The notes beneath the pieces were generated by a model. The model searched no databases, was not told the origin of the DNA, and saw nothing but the letters and a program-made list of their open reading frames with translations. This document shows positions 51,294-61,660 of a stretch of DNA of 64,000 bases, in pieces (within the stretch, counting starts at the first letter, position 1; every line of letters starts with the position of its first letter). The DNA comes from Candidatus Moraniibacteriota bacterium (GTDB lineage Bacteria; Patescibacteriota; Minisyncoccia; Moranbacterales; UBA1568). Position numbers and translations under genes: made by a program. Location of the stretch: contig CAVURJ010000001.1 in NCBI GenBank assembly GCA_963743885.1, forward strand, positions 204,949 to 268,948, in the 5' to 3' direction.

Positions 51294-53072
51294 TTAGAGG
51301 CTGCGCTTCCTCGACTCTTCTTTGTAGCAGATGAGGATGTCGCCTGATTCGATTTTCACGTTGCCTTCGAAGACGACGCCGCATTCGTTGCCCTGGCCGA
51401 CTTCGTCGGCGTTCTCCTTGTTGCGCTGGAGATTGAGCATCCGACCTGAGCCGACGATCTCATCGCCGCGCTTCACCTCGATCTGCGAGCCGCGGAGCAT
51501 CTTGCCTTCGGCGACGCGGCCGCCGACGATCATATCGCGCTTGCCGGTCTTGAAGATGGCGAGGACGGAGAGCTGGCCGGAATCGGTGCGGACGATCTCA
51601 GGCGGGAGCATTGAGGCGAGACGGTCTTTCACAGCTTCGACGAGTTTGTAGATGATATCGTAGGTCTCGATCTCGATCTTGGCATTCTCAGCCATGCGCT
51701 TGGCGACTGGAGTTGGGATACTATTGAAGCCCAAGATGAGCGCGTGGGCGCTCTCAGCCATGCGGACATCGGATTCGGTGATGGAGCCGACGCCCTGGTC
51801 GATCATCTCAAGCGCAACCTCATCAGACTGGATGGAGGAAGAAAGGATCTGCTCGATGGCTTCGAGCGAGCCCTGTACATCGGCCTTGAGGATGACCGGG
51901 AGCCGCTTGATGCCTTCCTCACCTTCTTGCTGGATGCGGCCGAGCTTGCTCTTCGCGCCGCCGGCTTCTTTGGAGCGCAGGCGCGCGAGGCTCTTGCCGG
52001 AGACGACTTCTACGACGTCGTTGACCTGCGGGGCGCTATTGAAGCCGTAGAGTGTGGCTGGAACTGACGGGCCGGCGGAGGTGACGTTCTTGCCGGCGAA
52101 ATCCTCGATGCGACGGATGCGTCCGAAGGCGCCGCCTGCGACGACATCCTGGCCGACCTTCAGTGTACCGGTGCGGACGAGCACGGTCGCGACCGGACCC
52201 TTCTGTGGATCGAGGTGTGCTTCGAGGACAACAGCGAGGCCATCACGTTTTGCATCGGCGCGAAAATCCTCGACTTCGGCAACGAGGAGGATGCTGTCTA
52301 AGAGCTTGTCGATATTGATATTGTTCTTGGCACTGATCTCATTGCACATGACGTCGCCGCCCCATTCTTCAAAGAGGATGCCATGCTCAGCGAGCTCCTG
52401 CTTCACGCGTTCTGGCTTGGCTTCCGGTTTGTCGATCTTGTTGATGGCGACGATGACTGGGAGTTTGTGCTCCTTCAGGTATGCGATGACCTCCTTGGTC
52501 TGCGGGCGGACGCCATCGTCGGCCGCGACAACGAGAATAGCGATGTCGGCGATAGAAAGACCGCGCTTGCGCATAGCAGCGAACGCCTCGTGGCCCGGAG
52601 TGTCGACGAACGTGATGAGCTGTTTGTGCTTCTTGGCCTGGTAGGCGCTGATGTGCTGGGTGATGCCACCCGCTTCGCCGGCTGCGACGCTCGCCTTGCG
52701 AATGGTGTCGAGAAGCGTAGTCTTGCCGTGATCGACGTGACCGAGGATGGTGACAATCGGTGCGCGTGGGGAGAGGTTCTTGCCGGATGCTTTCTCTTCG
52801 ATCAGGGCCTTGCCGAGACCTTCGAGGGTCATCTGGCCTTCTTTGGCGGCTTCGGTCGCTTCGGTCGCCTCGAAGCCGAGGCCAAGTGCGATGATGCTTG
52901 CAGTATCATAGTCAATCTCCTCGTTGATGGTCGCCAAGATGCCGTTCTTCATGAGCTCGGTGATGACGGCGGCCACAGGCAAATCAAGGAGCTCGGAGAG
53001 CTTCTTTACGGTGACCGATGACGGGAGGGCGACGGCCTTGATTTTTGCTTCGATTTCCTGCTCTTGATCCAT
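51294..53072 (-). CDS. infB: translation initiation factor IF-2 (short form, 592 aa)
   Basis: [28 protein letters not shown], plus IF-2 C-terminal domains. Confidence 0.9.
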   Translation of the reverse strand: MDQEQEIEAKIKAVALPSSVTVKKLSELLDLPVAAVITELMKNGILATINEEIDYDTASIIALGLGFEATEATEAAKEGQMTLEGLGKALIEEKASGKNLSPRAPIVTILGHVDHGKTTLLDTIRKASVAAGEAGGITQHISAYQAKKHKQLITFVDTPGHEAFAAMRKRGLSIADIAILVVAADDGVRPQTKEVIAYLKEHKLPVIVAINKIDKPEAKPERVKQELAEHGILFEEWGGDVMCNEISAKNNINIDKLLDSILLVAEVEDFRADAKRDGLAVVLEAHLDPQKGPVATVLVRTGTLKVGQDVVAGGAFGRIRRIEDFAGKNVTSAGPSVPATLYGFNSAPQVNDVVEVVSGKSLARLRSKEAGGAKSKLGRIQQEGEEGIKRLPVILKADVQGSLEAIEQILSSSIQSDEVALEMIDQGVGSITESDVRMAESAHALILGFNSIPTPVAKRMAENAKIEIETYDIIYKLVEAVKDRLASMLPPEIVRTDSGQLSVLAIFKTGKRDMIVGGRVAEGKMLRGSQIEVKRGDEIVGSGRMLNLQRNKENADEVGQGNECGVVFEGNVKIESGDILICYKEESRKRSL

Positions 53073-53173
53073 AGGGAGTCTGTAAAGTTTACCTTGTGAA
53101 ATTCCGTCGGAGCGGACCAGCGAAGCTGGATTTCACGGGGTAAGTTAAGTTTTGAAAATTGATTATGGAATAT

Positions 53174-53692
53174 TTATACGGTTTTCGGCTTGCCACTTAT
53201 GGCTTCTTGGATTGCCGCCTTCTCTTCCTCGGTGAAGGGGAATCCGTCTGGCTCGCCCAAGACAACGGGCTTGGCGTAGACACGGGTGCCTTCACGGGTA
53301 TGGAGCGAAGAAAGCACGGCGCCTGAGTTCTTGCCGTCGAGGAGCGCTACCGAAAAGCTCTGATTGCCGCCGACTTCCTTGAAAGGATTGAAGCGCAGTA
53401 CGGCGGTCTTATGGACGCTTTTGAGGCAGAGGTCGCGGAGGCGGTTCGATATCTCGAAGAGTTCCTGAATCTCTGAGTCGAGCTCCTTGGTGTTTTCGAG
53501 CTGTTCACGGAGGACCGATTCCAATTCTTTGGCGTCTTTGCCAGAAAAAAAGGTCTGAAGCGATCGCTCTATACGCCGCTGTTTCGCGAAGATGATGCCG
53601 ATGACCGCCAGAGCGGCGAGCACGGCGAGTATAAGGAACGTGAGGCTCCCGTAGATGATCGGCGCTGAAAATGTCTGGAGGAAAGATGGCAT
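53174..53692 (-). CDS. DUF4446-like membrane-anchored protein
   Basis: N-terminal TM helix plus ELESVLREQLENTKELDSEIQELFE. Family assignment is from memory and is tentative. Confidence 0.35.
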   Translation of the reverse strand: MPSFLQTFSAPIIYGSLTFLILAVLAALAVIGIIFAKQRRIERSLQTFFSGKDAKELESVLREQLENTKELDSEIQELFEISNRLRDLCLKSVHKTAVLRFNPFKEVGGNQSFSVALLDGKNSGAVLSSLHTREGTRVYAKPVVLGEPDGFPFTEEEKAAIQEAISGKPKTV

Positions 53693-53769
53693 AGACGCGC
53701 ATGATATCCGGTATTGACTACAGTATCACGCTTTTTCCTTTTTGTCTAGCCAAAAAACGTATATTCCCT

Positions 53770-54093
53770 TCAAGAAAGGTGCTTCTCGGCGTAGGCACGC
53801 ATTTTCCTGATGATTGGCAGCATATCGGCGCCCTGGCGGGTGAGCGAGTAGCTGACGGAGAGCTTGTCGAGGGTCTTTTCTTCGCGGCTGATGAAACCGA
53901 GCTTCTCGAGCTTCCTCAGGCGTCCAGAAAGCGTGACCGGACAGATATCCGGTATGGACCGCTCGAGTTCGGAAAAGCGCTTTGATTCGCTTCCGAGCGC
54001 ATCGATGATAAAGAGTGTCCAGGCATCGCCGAAGACCCAGAGGGCGGCTGCGGCGGGGCAGGCGGAGAGTTCTTTAGGGGAGGCTTGACGCAT
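53770..54093 (-). CDS. HxlR-family winged-helix transcriptional regulator
   Basis: CPAAAALWVFGDAWTLFIIDAL...RFSELERSIPDICPVTLSGRLRKLEKLGFISR. Confidence 0.75.
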   Translation of the reverse strand: MRQASPKELSACPAAAALWVFGDAWTLFIIDALGSESKRFSELERSIPDICPVTLSGRLRKLEKLGFISREEKTLDKLSVSYSLTRQGADMLPIIRKMRAYAEKHLS

Positions 54094-54181
54094 AGGCTTT
54101 CATTATACTATAATTCATATACCACTACATAATATATAGTGAATAACGGGAGGTAACTAATACAGTAATGATACCACAAGT

Positions 54182-54817
54182 ATGAAAGAAGCTATCATGA
54201 AGGCGCTCTCGTGGCGCTATGCGACCCAGGTATTTGATCCGGAGCGGAAGCTGCCGGAGGATACGCTCCGCACGATCCTTGAGAGCGGGCGGCTGGCGCC
54301 GAGCTCGTTCGGCGTTGAGCCGTGGAAATTCATCGTCGTCACGGATCGGGATCTGCGGGCGAAGCTTCGCGAGGCGAGCTATGGGCAGCCGAAAGTGACG
54401 GATGCATCGCATCTTGTCGTGATCGCCAGACGGACGGATGTCAGGGAGAATATCTCGCGCGAGCTGATTGAGCGTATTTCTGCGGCGACTGGGGCGACAG
54501 CGGATGACCTTGGCGGATTGAGGCAGATGGTGGATGGCGCGGTTGCTTCGCGATCCGATGCAGCGCTTGATGCCTGGGCGGCGGCGCAGACCTATATACC
54601 GCTCGGGATAATGATCGAGACGGCGGCGCTCCTCGGGGTGGATGCCGGTCCGATGGAGGGCTTCGTACCGGATCAGGCAGATGAGATCCTCGGACTCAAG
54701 GCGAAACATCTTTCAGCCACTACCATGCTCGCACTCGGTTATCGCGGCGAGGATGTGGCAGCTGCGCGGCCGAAGGTCCGGCGTGGCTTTGATGAGGCGG
54801 TCGAGTTCATCGGATAG
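54182..54817 (+). CDS. NAD(P)H nitroreductase family protein
   Basis: LSWRYATQVFDPERKLPEDTLRTILESGRLAPSSFGVEPWKFIVV. Divergent from the HxlR regulator gene, which is a classic pairing. Confidence 0.75.
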   Translation: MKEAIMKALSWRYATQVFDPERKLPEDTLRTILESGRLAPSSFGVEPWKFIVVTDRDLRAKLREASYGQPKVTDASHLVVIARRTDVRENISRELIERISAATGATADDLGGLRQMVDGAVASRSDAALDAWAAAQTYIPLGIMIETAALLGVDAGPMEGFVPDQADEILGLKAKHLSATTMLALGYRGEDVAAARPKVRRGFDEAVEFIG

Positions 54818-55019
54818 CATTCAAAACGAAGCGGAAAGGGAGACCTGTCTGCCGGCAGGCAGGGATTCGGTCAGGGATAATCCTGTCGCCGATGCGCCGG
54901 GATTTCCACGACCCTGTCTCGCGGTCAGACGTAGTCGTCTGACATCGCTCTGACTTTCTCATCCTCACGAAAGTGCCGCAGGGCACTTTCTCCTTTCTTC
55001 GCCTCACTTTGTTATGCTG

Positions 55020-55114
55020 CGGAAAGGGAGAGATTCGAACTCTCGATACCGTTTCTGGTATGCCGCTTTTCGAGAGCGGTGCTCCGCCAAAGGCGGATAA
55101 ACTTCAACCTTTAC
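55020..55114 (-). tRNA. tRNA-like sequence: degenerate paralog of the adjacent tRNA-Ser with an aberrant D-arm region
   Basis: Its anticodon arm (CCGCT CTCGAAA AGCGG), variable arm, and T-arm (GAGAG TTCGAAT CTCTC) resemble tRNA-Ser(CGA). The D-arm is replaced by a ccgcctttggcgg hairpin, and the acceptor stem has one mismatch. Confidence 0.4.
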
Positions 55115-55143
55115 CCGCCTTTGGCGGGACTCGGCATATGTTG

Positions 55144-55230
55144 CGGAAGCGGGAGGATTCGAACCTCCGATACGGTTACCCGTATACCGCATTTCGAGTG
55201 CGGCCTATTCAACCTCTCTAGCACGCTTCC
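55144..55230 (-). tRNA. tRNA-Ser (anticodon CGA), CCA not encoded
   Basis: Reverse complement reads GGAAGCG TG CTA GAGAGGTTGAA TAG G CCGCA CTCGAAA TGCGG TATACGGGTAACCGTAT CGGAGG TTCGAAT CCTCC CGCTTCC G. Confidence 0.8.
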
Positions 55231-55341
55231 ATATCCTACATGTTCTGTTGTACAGGAAAAATCCTGAATAATCAAGGGTGAATCCTTCCATTCATCAAGA
55301 TTTTGTTTTATAGTTGCATGGAAGTGTGGTAATAATCGCAT

Positions 55342-56451
55342 ATGTTTCAGAAAGAGTGTTTTCTCAGGGAAAAACTTCCCGTAGTTGTTGCGTATTGGGC
55401 TGTATATGGAACGGCGATCGCGGCGTTTTCGACCATCCCGTATTATGTTTCGCTGTTCCGTACGGAGGCTGCGATAAGGATGATGGGAGTCTCTATACAG
55501 CAGATAATGCTCCTCCTGTTATCGGGATTTAGTCTAATGACGCTCTTATCTCCGCGTTGTGTCGCATTCCGCGAGACCAGAATTTTTTCTACATTAGTAG
55601 CGATCCGTCTTTTTGCGGCAGGCGTGTTTCTTCGTGGCTCTATACCCGTACTCCCGCAGAGGGAAAAAGTGTCGCTTCTTCTCCTTTTGGTCAAGCTGGT
55701 CTTTGTCCCTCTCATGGCGGCGTTCCTTTTTGGGAATGCTGTGGCGTCTATTCATCTGATTGGCAAACTGTTTTCTTCCCCAATGCTATTTTCCGCTGAG
55801 ATGATCTTGAATGTTGTCTATCCGTTCCTGCTCAGCTTCATATTGGCGATTGACGTTTCTGTATTTTTAGCCGGATATCTCATTGAGTCGCCAGCGTGCG
55901 ACAATGTCGTAAGATCGGTTGAGGATACGGCTCTGGGCTGGCTGTTCGCGTTGGCGTGCTACCCGCCTTTCAATAACGTCACGGAGAAGCTTTTTGGTTG
56001 GCACGCTGGTCATTCCGAGAGTTTCGGCCATGTAGGTGTGGATGTCGTTATGGGCGGAGCAGCGGTCGCTTTTATGGCCGTGTATGTTTGGTCGTCTGTC
56101 ACGCTCGGCTTGAAAGCGTCCAACCTGACGAATCGCGGCATTGTAAGCAATGGGCCGTATCGGCTGGTTCGCCACCCGGCGTATATAGCCAAAAACCTCT
56201 CGTGGTTCATCGTTTGTTTGCCAGCGATCCTCTTCTCTTTTTTCGATCTTTGTTCGATCCGGCTTTCAGACGGATTGCCAGAGTTTTTTCATTATTTCCT
56301 CATTTTTGTAGCATCGCTCGCCACTCCCGCGATATGGGGTTTCATCTATTACATGCGGGCCGTTACGGAAGAAAGGCATCTTATGCGCGATCCGGAGTAC
56401 CAGACATATGCTGAGCGTGTGAAGTGGAGGTTTTTACCTGGATTGTTGTGA
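55342..56451 (+). CDS. polytopic membrane protein with a C-terminal isoprenylcysteine carboxyl methyltransferase (ICMT/PEMT) family domain
   Basis: NGPYRLVRHPAYIAKNLSWFIVCLP is a signature of ICMT-family methyltransferases. More than 8 TM helices. Confidence 0.6.
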   Translation: MFQKECFLREKLPVVVAYWAVYGTAIAAFSTIPYYVSLFRTEAAIRMMGVSIQQIMLLLLSGFSLMTLLSPRCVAFRETRIFSTLVAIRLFAAGVFLRGSIPVLPQREKVSLLLLLVKLVFVPLMAAFLFGNAVASIHLIGKLFSSPMLFSAEMILNVVYPFLLSFILAIDVSVFLAGYLIESPACDNVVRSVEDTALGWLFALACYPPFNNVTEKLFGWHAGHSESFGHVGVDVVMGGAAVAFMAVYVWSSVTLGLKASNLTNRGIVSNGPYRLVRHPAYIAKNLSWFIVCLPAILFSFFDLCSIRLSDGLPEFFHYFLIFVASLATPAIWGFIYYMRAVTEERHLMRDPEYQTYAERVKWRFLPGLL

Positions 56452-56526
56452 ATGTTTTTCGAGAGGGGTGGATTCCGCCAAGGCGGCTTTTGTTGTACAA
56501 TGAAGCTGTCGATATAAAATACATCT

Positions 56527-57075
56527 ATGAATATTCCAGCGGCGCTCATGTTCGTTGATCCAGAAACGATTGTTCGCGAGCTCCCTATTGAATCAGGTGA
56601 TCAGGCGGCCGATTTCGGCTGCGGTTCAGGATACTTTTCCATAGAATTCGCCAAACGCGTCGGATCGGATGGTACGGTGTATTCGTTCGATGTGCTCCCG
56701 TCGGCGCTCGAAGCGGTGGCGAGTCGCGCCAAGTCGCTCGGTCTTTCCAATATCCTGACTCGTCGTGTGAATCTGGAGACCGAAAAGGGGACCGGGCTGG
56801 ATGCTTCTGCTGTCGACTGGGTCGTCATCAAAGACATGCTGTTTCAGAATCAGCGCAAAGGAGCGATTCTTAAGGAAGCAGCGCGTGTTCTCAGGCCTGG
56901 CGGCCGGGCATTCATTATGGAATGGCATCCCAATCAGTCGCTTGTCGGACCAGAAAGGGATATCAGGGTGTCGCCGGATGAGCTTCAGTCGCTAATCAGC
57001 CAGTCCGGGCTCGTGTTTGAAAAAGAGGTGCGGACAGGAGGATTCCACTACGCTGTTCTCGTGAAGAAACCATAG
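56527..57075 (+). CDS. class I SAM-dependent methyltransferase
   Basis: Motif I ADFGCGSGYFSIEFA, plus VLRPGGRAFIMEW. Confidence 0.75.
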   Translation: MNIPAALMFVDPETIVRELPIESGDQAADFGCGSGYFSIEFAKRVGSDGTVYSFDVLPSALEAVASRAKSLGLSNILTRRVNLETEKGTGLDASAVDWVVIKDMLFQNQRKGAILKEAARVLRPGGRAFIMEWHPNQSLVGPERDIRVSPDELQSLISQSGLVFEKEVRTGGFHYAVLVKKP

Positions 57076-57076
57076 T

Positions 57077-58474
57077 ATGTCTCGCTATATGCGCAAAGCC
57101 GTCGCTGCTTGTTCGGTTCTCTTCGCATCTTTCATGTTGTCTGGATGTGGTTTTAGGGACTCTGCTCCTGAAGGATATGCGGTTGATCTTGAGATTTGGG
57201 GGGTATTCGATGATAGCGACGCGTATACTGATGTTTTCAATGCATATCGCCAACTGAATCCATATGTACGTGATCTGCATTATCGCAAGATGCCGGCTGA
57301 GACGTACAAGGAGGATCTGCTTGACGCGCTCGCTTCCGGCAAGGGGCCGGATATCTTCATGATTCGAAATTCATGGCGCAAATCCTTCGAGGATAAGACT
57401 GTGCCTGCCCCAGAGGGATTGTTGACGGAGAAGCGTTTCCGGGATGCGTTAGTAGATACTGCCGCGGATGATTTTGTCGGGAGCGATGGGAAGATCTACG
57501 GTCTGCCGGTATCAGTCGATTCGCTTGCGTTGTATTACAATAAGGATATCTTGAACGCTGCCGGCATCACTCAGCCTCCGGCTACATGGGAAGAGGTTTT
57601 GTCGGCTGCTAAGAAGATAAGCCGCGTCGATGATTATGGGAATGTCATCAGATCGGGAATCGCCATCGGGACAGCGTATAATATCAACCGCTCGACAGAC
57701 ATTCTTGCGGCAATGATGATGCAGCTCGGCAGCCCGATGATAAATAAGCAGAGCGGAATGGCGGAATTTTCTGATGAAAAGGGCCGAAAAGCACTCGAGT
57801 TCTATCTCCAGTTTGCGAATGCTGGATCAGGATCGTACTCCTGGAACCCATTCATGCACTATTCTATCGATGCCTTCTACGAAGGAACGCTTGGCATGAT
57901 GGTCAATTATTCCTGGCAGTACGCGACGCTCAAGCAGAAGAATGCCAAGCTTAATATCGGTGTGGCACCGTTGCCGCAGTTCGTCGGCACCCAACCGGTC
58001 AATATCGCTAACTATTGGGGTTATGCGGTTGCGAAGAATAAGCAGTATCAGGCACCGATCGGTCAAGAGAATGCTCCCGTCAATCTGGCGCAGTGGGATT
58101 ATCTCCGTATCCATGAAGCATGGCAATTCCTTTCGTATTTTGCGTTACCGCATGAAAATAATACCATGACGTTCGTCAATGGATTGGCGGGGACATCCAA
58201 GCCGCTTATCCTTCAGTCTGATCCTGCCGGTGTTTATCTCAAGAAAACTGGTAAGCCAGCTGCTCGTCGCGATCTCATTGAGACCCAGAAGGATGATCTG
58301 GTATTGGCGCCGTTCGCTGAGGGGAATCTTATTGCGAAGAATTGGTATCAGGGGAATACCGAAGCCGTTGAGGGGATCATGGCTGAAATGATAGATACGC
58401 TAAACCGTGGTGCGAGCGGCGTGTACGAGGCTTTGTCTGTTGCTATCAATCGAATAAATCTTCTCAGACGCTGA
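57077..58474 (+). CDS. ABC transporter substrate-binding lipoprotein (carbohydrate-type SBP)
   Basis: Lipobox FMLSGCG, then a family-1 solute-binding domain (PDIFMIRNSW, GKIYGLP). Confidence 0.7.
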   Translation: MSRYMRKAVAACSVLFASFMLSGCGFRDSAPEGYAVDLEIWGVFDDSDAYTDVFNAYRQLNPYVRDLHYRKMPAETYKEDLLDALASGKGPDIFMIRNSWRKSFEDKTVPAPEGLLTEKRFRDALVDTAADDFVGSDGKIYGLPVSVDSLALYYNKDILNAAGITQPPATWEEVLSAAKKISRVDDYGNVIRSGIAIGTAYNINRSTDILAAMMMQLGSPMINKQSGMAEFSDEKGRKALEFYLQFANAGSGSYSWNPFMHYSIDAFYEGTLGMMVNYSWQYATLKQKNAKLNIGVAPLPQFVGTQPVNIANYWGYAVAKNKQYQAPIGQENAPVNLAQWDYLRIHEAWQFLSYFALPHENNTMTFVNGLAGTSKPLILQSDPAGVYLKKTGKPAARRDLIETQKDDLVLAPFAEGNLIAKNWYQGNTEAVEGIMAEMIDTLNRGASGVYEALSVAINRINLLRR

Positions 58475-58656
58475 CAGATCCTTTCTCTTGACGATAGCCA
58501 CTAGATAGGGTATGATTTTGTAACCCTGATCAAGGCGTTCCCGCGCCTTTTTTGGTTCCGAATAGGAATCATCCTGTTATCGACTCCGAGGTCGTTGAGA
58601 TTCGAGGAAAGCTTGTCGAAGGGCTCTAAATTTTTTGAACTGTATTTAGTTAGAAT

Positions 58657-58746
58657 ATGGAAATTAGGAATATCGCTATTATTGCGCACCCCAGCACTAC
58701 AACGCTTTGCGTTGAGTGCGGGGCAGGCGTCTTTTATTGCTACTAA
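58657..58746 (+). CDS. 29-codon upstream ORF whose first 11 codons mimic the bipA start ([11 protein letters not shown]...), ending 5 nt before the bipA ATG
   Basis: atggaaattaggaatatcgctattattgcgcac differs from atggagattagaaacattgcaattattgctcat (58752-) only at synonymous positions. Stop TAA at 58744-58746. Confidence 0.35.
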   Translation: MEIRNIAIIAHPSTTTLCVECGAGVFYCY

Positions 58747-58751
58747 ATATA

Positions 58752-60538
58752 TGGAGATTAGAAACATTGCAATTATTGCTCATGTAGATCATGGGAAGAC
58801 CACGCTAACTGATGCTTTGATGCGCCAGACTGGTATGGTGACCGCTGAGGGTGTGTCGATGGATTCGAACGCGCTCGAGCGTGAGCGTGGCATCACGATC
58901 TACGCCAAGAACGCCTCGCTCAATTACAAGGATACGAAGATCAATATCGTCGATACCCCGGGACACGCCGACTTCGGATCGGAAGTGGAACGTGTGCTTC
59001 GCTCGATCGACTCGGTCGTGCTCGTCGTTGATGCGCAGGAAGGCCCGATGCCACAGACCCGCTTCGTGCTCAAGAAGTCGCTTGAGCTTGGACTCCGACC
59101 AATGGTCGTGATCAACAAGATCGACAAGCCGGCGGCCCGCCCGGAAGAGGTGAAGGAGATGGTGTTTGAACTTTTCCTCGATCTCGGTGCGACCGATGAG
59201 CAGCTTGATTTCAAGGTGGTCTATGCGATCGCCCGCCAGGGTATCGCGAAACTCACGCTTGAGGAAGAGGGGAAAGATCTGTCGCCGCTTCTTGATACGA
59301 TCCTTGAATGCGTGCCGGCTGCAGCGCATGATATTGAAGCGCCGCTCCGCGCTCAGCCGTTCAACCTCGGCTATGACAATTTCGTCGGTCGTCTGGCCAT
59401 CGCGCGCATCTACGAGGGGAAGATGAGGGTGAATGATCAGGTGCTGATTCGTCATATCTCAGGGAAAAGCGAATCCGGCCGCATCGTGAAACTTTTCACA
59501 TTCCGCGGACTGGAACGCGTCGAGACGGAAGAGGTGCAGGCGGGCGACATCGCGATGATCGCGGGTCTCACCGGCATCGAGATCGGCGATACGATTTGCG
59601 TGTCTCCAGAGCAGGAACTCCTGCCGGTGATCGCGATCGATGAGCCGACTATTTCCCTCAATTTCGTCGTCAATGACTCGCCGTTCGCCGGGCGCGAGGG
59701 CAAGTTCGTCACCAACAAGCAGCTTCGCGAGCGGCTTGAAAAGGAGCTTGAGATCAATGTCGGCCTCAAGATCGATTTTTCTGATGATCATTACAAGGTC
59801 TATGGCCGCGGCGAGTTGCATGTCGCTATCCTCCTCGAGAATATGCGCCGCGAAGGATATGAAGTCCAGGTCTCCCAGCCGCAGGTCATCATCAAGGATA
59901 TCGACGGCGTGAAGTCGGAACCGTTCGAGGAAGTGACGGTCGAGTGCCCGATGGAGGTCTCCGGTACGGTCATTGAGAAGATGGGCAAAAGGAAGGGTAT
60001 CATGATGGAGATGAAAGAAGGCTCCGGCGGCTATACTCGCCTCATCTTCGAGGTGCCGACCCGCGGGCTCCTCGGTTATCGTGGCGAGTTCATGGTGGAC
60101 ACCCGCGGCGAGGGGACGCTCTATACCCGCGTGCTCGGTTTCCGGCCGTATGCCGGCGAGGTCAAGAAGCGCGATACCGGATCAATGGTCTCGATGGCGA
60201 CCGGCAAGGCGCTCGCCTTTTCTCTCAACAATCTCCAGGAGCGCGGTGTGCTCTATGTCGCTCCTTCGACGGAAGTCTATGAAGGTATGGTGGTTGGCAA
60301 TGTGACCAAGGGGACCGATATGTCGGTCAATCCGATCAAGGGTAAGGCGATGAGCAACATGCGTTCGTCGGGCGCGGATGAAGCCATCAAGCTCGTGCCG
60401 CCGATCGAGATCACTATCGAGCGTGGTCTCGAGATCATGCTCGAAGACGAATACTTGGAGATTACTCCGCACAACGTCCGCCTGAGAAAACAGCTTCTTA
60501 CCGAGACTGACCGAGTGAAATCAGCTCGTAAGAAATGA
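58752..60538 (+). CDS. typA: translational GTPase TypA/BipA
   Basis: [37 protein letters not shown], and EF-G-like domains. Confidence 0.9.
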
Positions 60539-60592
60539 ACGGGCAGCTTCCCGCCCGTATCGCTACGCGAAGCGTGGCGGGCGGGCTTACTG

Positions 60593-60631
60593 AAACCGAC
60601 CGCGTGAAGGCGGGCCGGAAGAAATGAGGTA
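60593..60631 (+). repeat. relic copy of the last 13 codons of bipA ([13 protein letters not shown])
   Basis: cttactgaaaccgaccgcgtgaaggcgggccggaagaaatga compared with the gene end cttaccgagactgaccgagtgaaatcagctcgtaagaaatga. Confidence 0.55.
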
Positions 60632-60679
60632 AGAGACAAGAGGCATGAGTATCGTGCCGCGTCCCCAGAAGGGGCGCGG

Positions 60680-60717
<38 letters not shown>

Positions 60718-60842
60718 CTTATCTCTTATGTCTTACCTCTTGCTTCTTCTTTTAATCTTACCTCATACCCCATCTCCAATCCCGTGGTATACTAAAAACA
60801 TATCATCATAGCTAAGAAATTTTTGGTTACGAACTTTCTTTT

Positions 60843-60949
60843 CTGTCATCCCCGCGAAGGCGGGGATCCAGAAGAATGCCTTATTATGAGGAACTTGGAT
60901 TCCCGCCTTCGCGGGAATGACAACTACAAACGTAGTTTCGTAATTGAAG
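60843..60949. repeat. two palindromic elements of the GGATCC...ATGACA family plus an AGTTTCGTAATTGAA tail
   Basis: ctgtcatccccgcgaaggcggggatccag and ggattcccgccttcgcgggaatgacaactacaaacgtagtttcgtaattgaa. Perfect stems with covarying sequence. Confidence 0.55.
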
Positions 60950-60966
60950 CAGGAAAACAATAGAAT

Positions 60967-61248
60967 ATGGAAAGCCTATCCTTCGTGGCAGTCGTGCATG
61001 CTGGATCAATCAGCGATGCGCCGAGAGTAGTGACGCTTTTCGGTAACGTCCTTGACTTTCTGTTGTCGATTGCCGGCATCATTGGTATAATTGCGTTGGT
61101 AGTCGCCGGCAGTCTCTATCTTACTGCGGGCGGGGACGTGCGCCGCATCGCGCTTGCCAAGCGAGCTGCTGTTGCGGCAATTGTTGGTGTTGCTGTTGTT
61201 TTTAGCGCGTGGATTATCATCGGTCAGATAGTGGCATTCTTCGTTTAG
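60967..61248 (+). CDS. T4SS pilin-like protein (TrbC/VirB2-like, CPR type)
   Basis: Two TM helices flanking YLTAGGDVRRIALAKRA. Confidence 0.55.
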   Translation: MESLSFVAVVHAGSISDAPRVVTLFGNVLDFLLSIAGIIGIIALVVAGSLYLTAGGDVRRIALAKRAAVAAIVGVAVVFSAWIIIGQIVAFFV

Positions 61249-61291
61249 AAGATGTCCGATAACATACAAAACGAGAAAGGAGGTGAGAACT

Positions 61292-61660
61292 ATGAATTAT
61301 TTCAAGAACGCTCTCTACACGGCTTTCTCAGTCGCTTTGGCCGCCGTTCCGGCAGTCGCGAGCGCTCAGTGGGGCATTGGCAAAAGCAATGCAGCCGCTT
61401 CCGGACTGCCTGATGATACCATCTACGGGATCATCAATAGGACTATGAACTGGCTCCTCATGATCCTCGGTTTCATCGGCATCATCGGCTTCGTCATCGC
61501 TGGCATCCTGTATCTCACCGCCGCCGGAGACGAAGATCAGATTGGCAAGGCGAAGACTGCCATGATGTATTCCATCATCGGCATCATCGTCGCTCTCATG
61601 GGTTTCGTCATCATCAGAGCTGTCGAAAGCTGGCTCTCTGCAGGCGCATTCACTTTCTAG
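61292..61660 (+). CDS. T4SS pilin-like protein, paralog 2
   Basis: Signal peptide MNYFKNALYTAFSVALAAVPAVASA, then GILYLTAAGDEDQIGKAKTAMMYSIIGIIVAL. RBS aaggagg is upstream. Confidence 0.6.
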   Translation: MNYFKNALYTAFSVALAAVPAVASAQWGIGKSNAAASGLPDDTIYGIINRTMNWLLMILGFIGIIGFVIAGILYLTAAGDEDQIGKAKTAMMYSIIGIIVALMGFVIIRAVESWLSAGAFTF

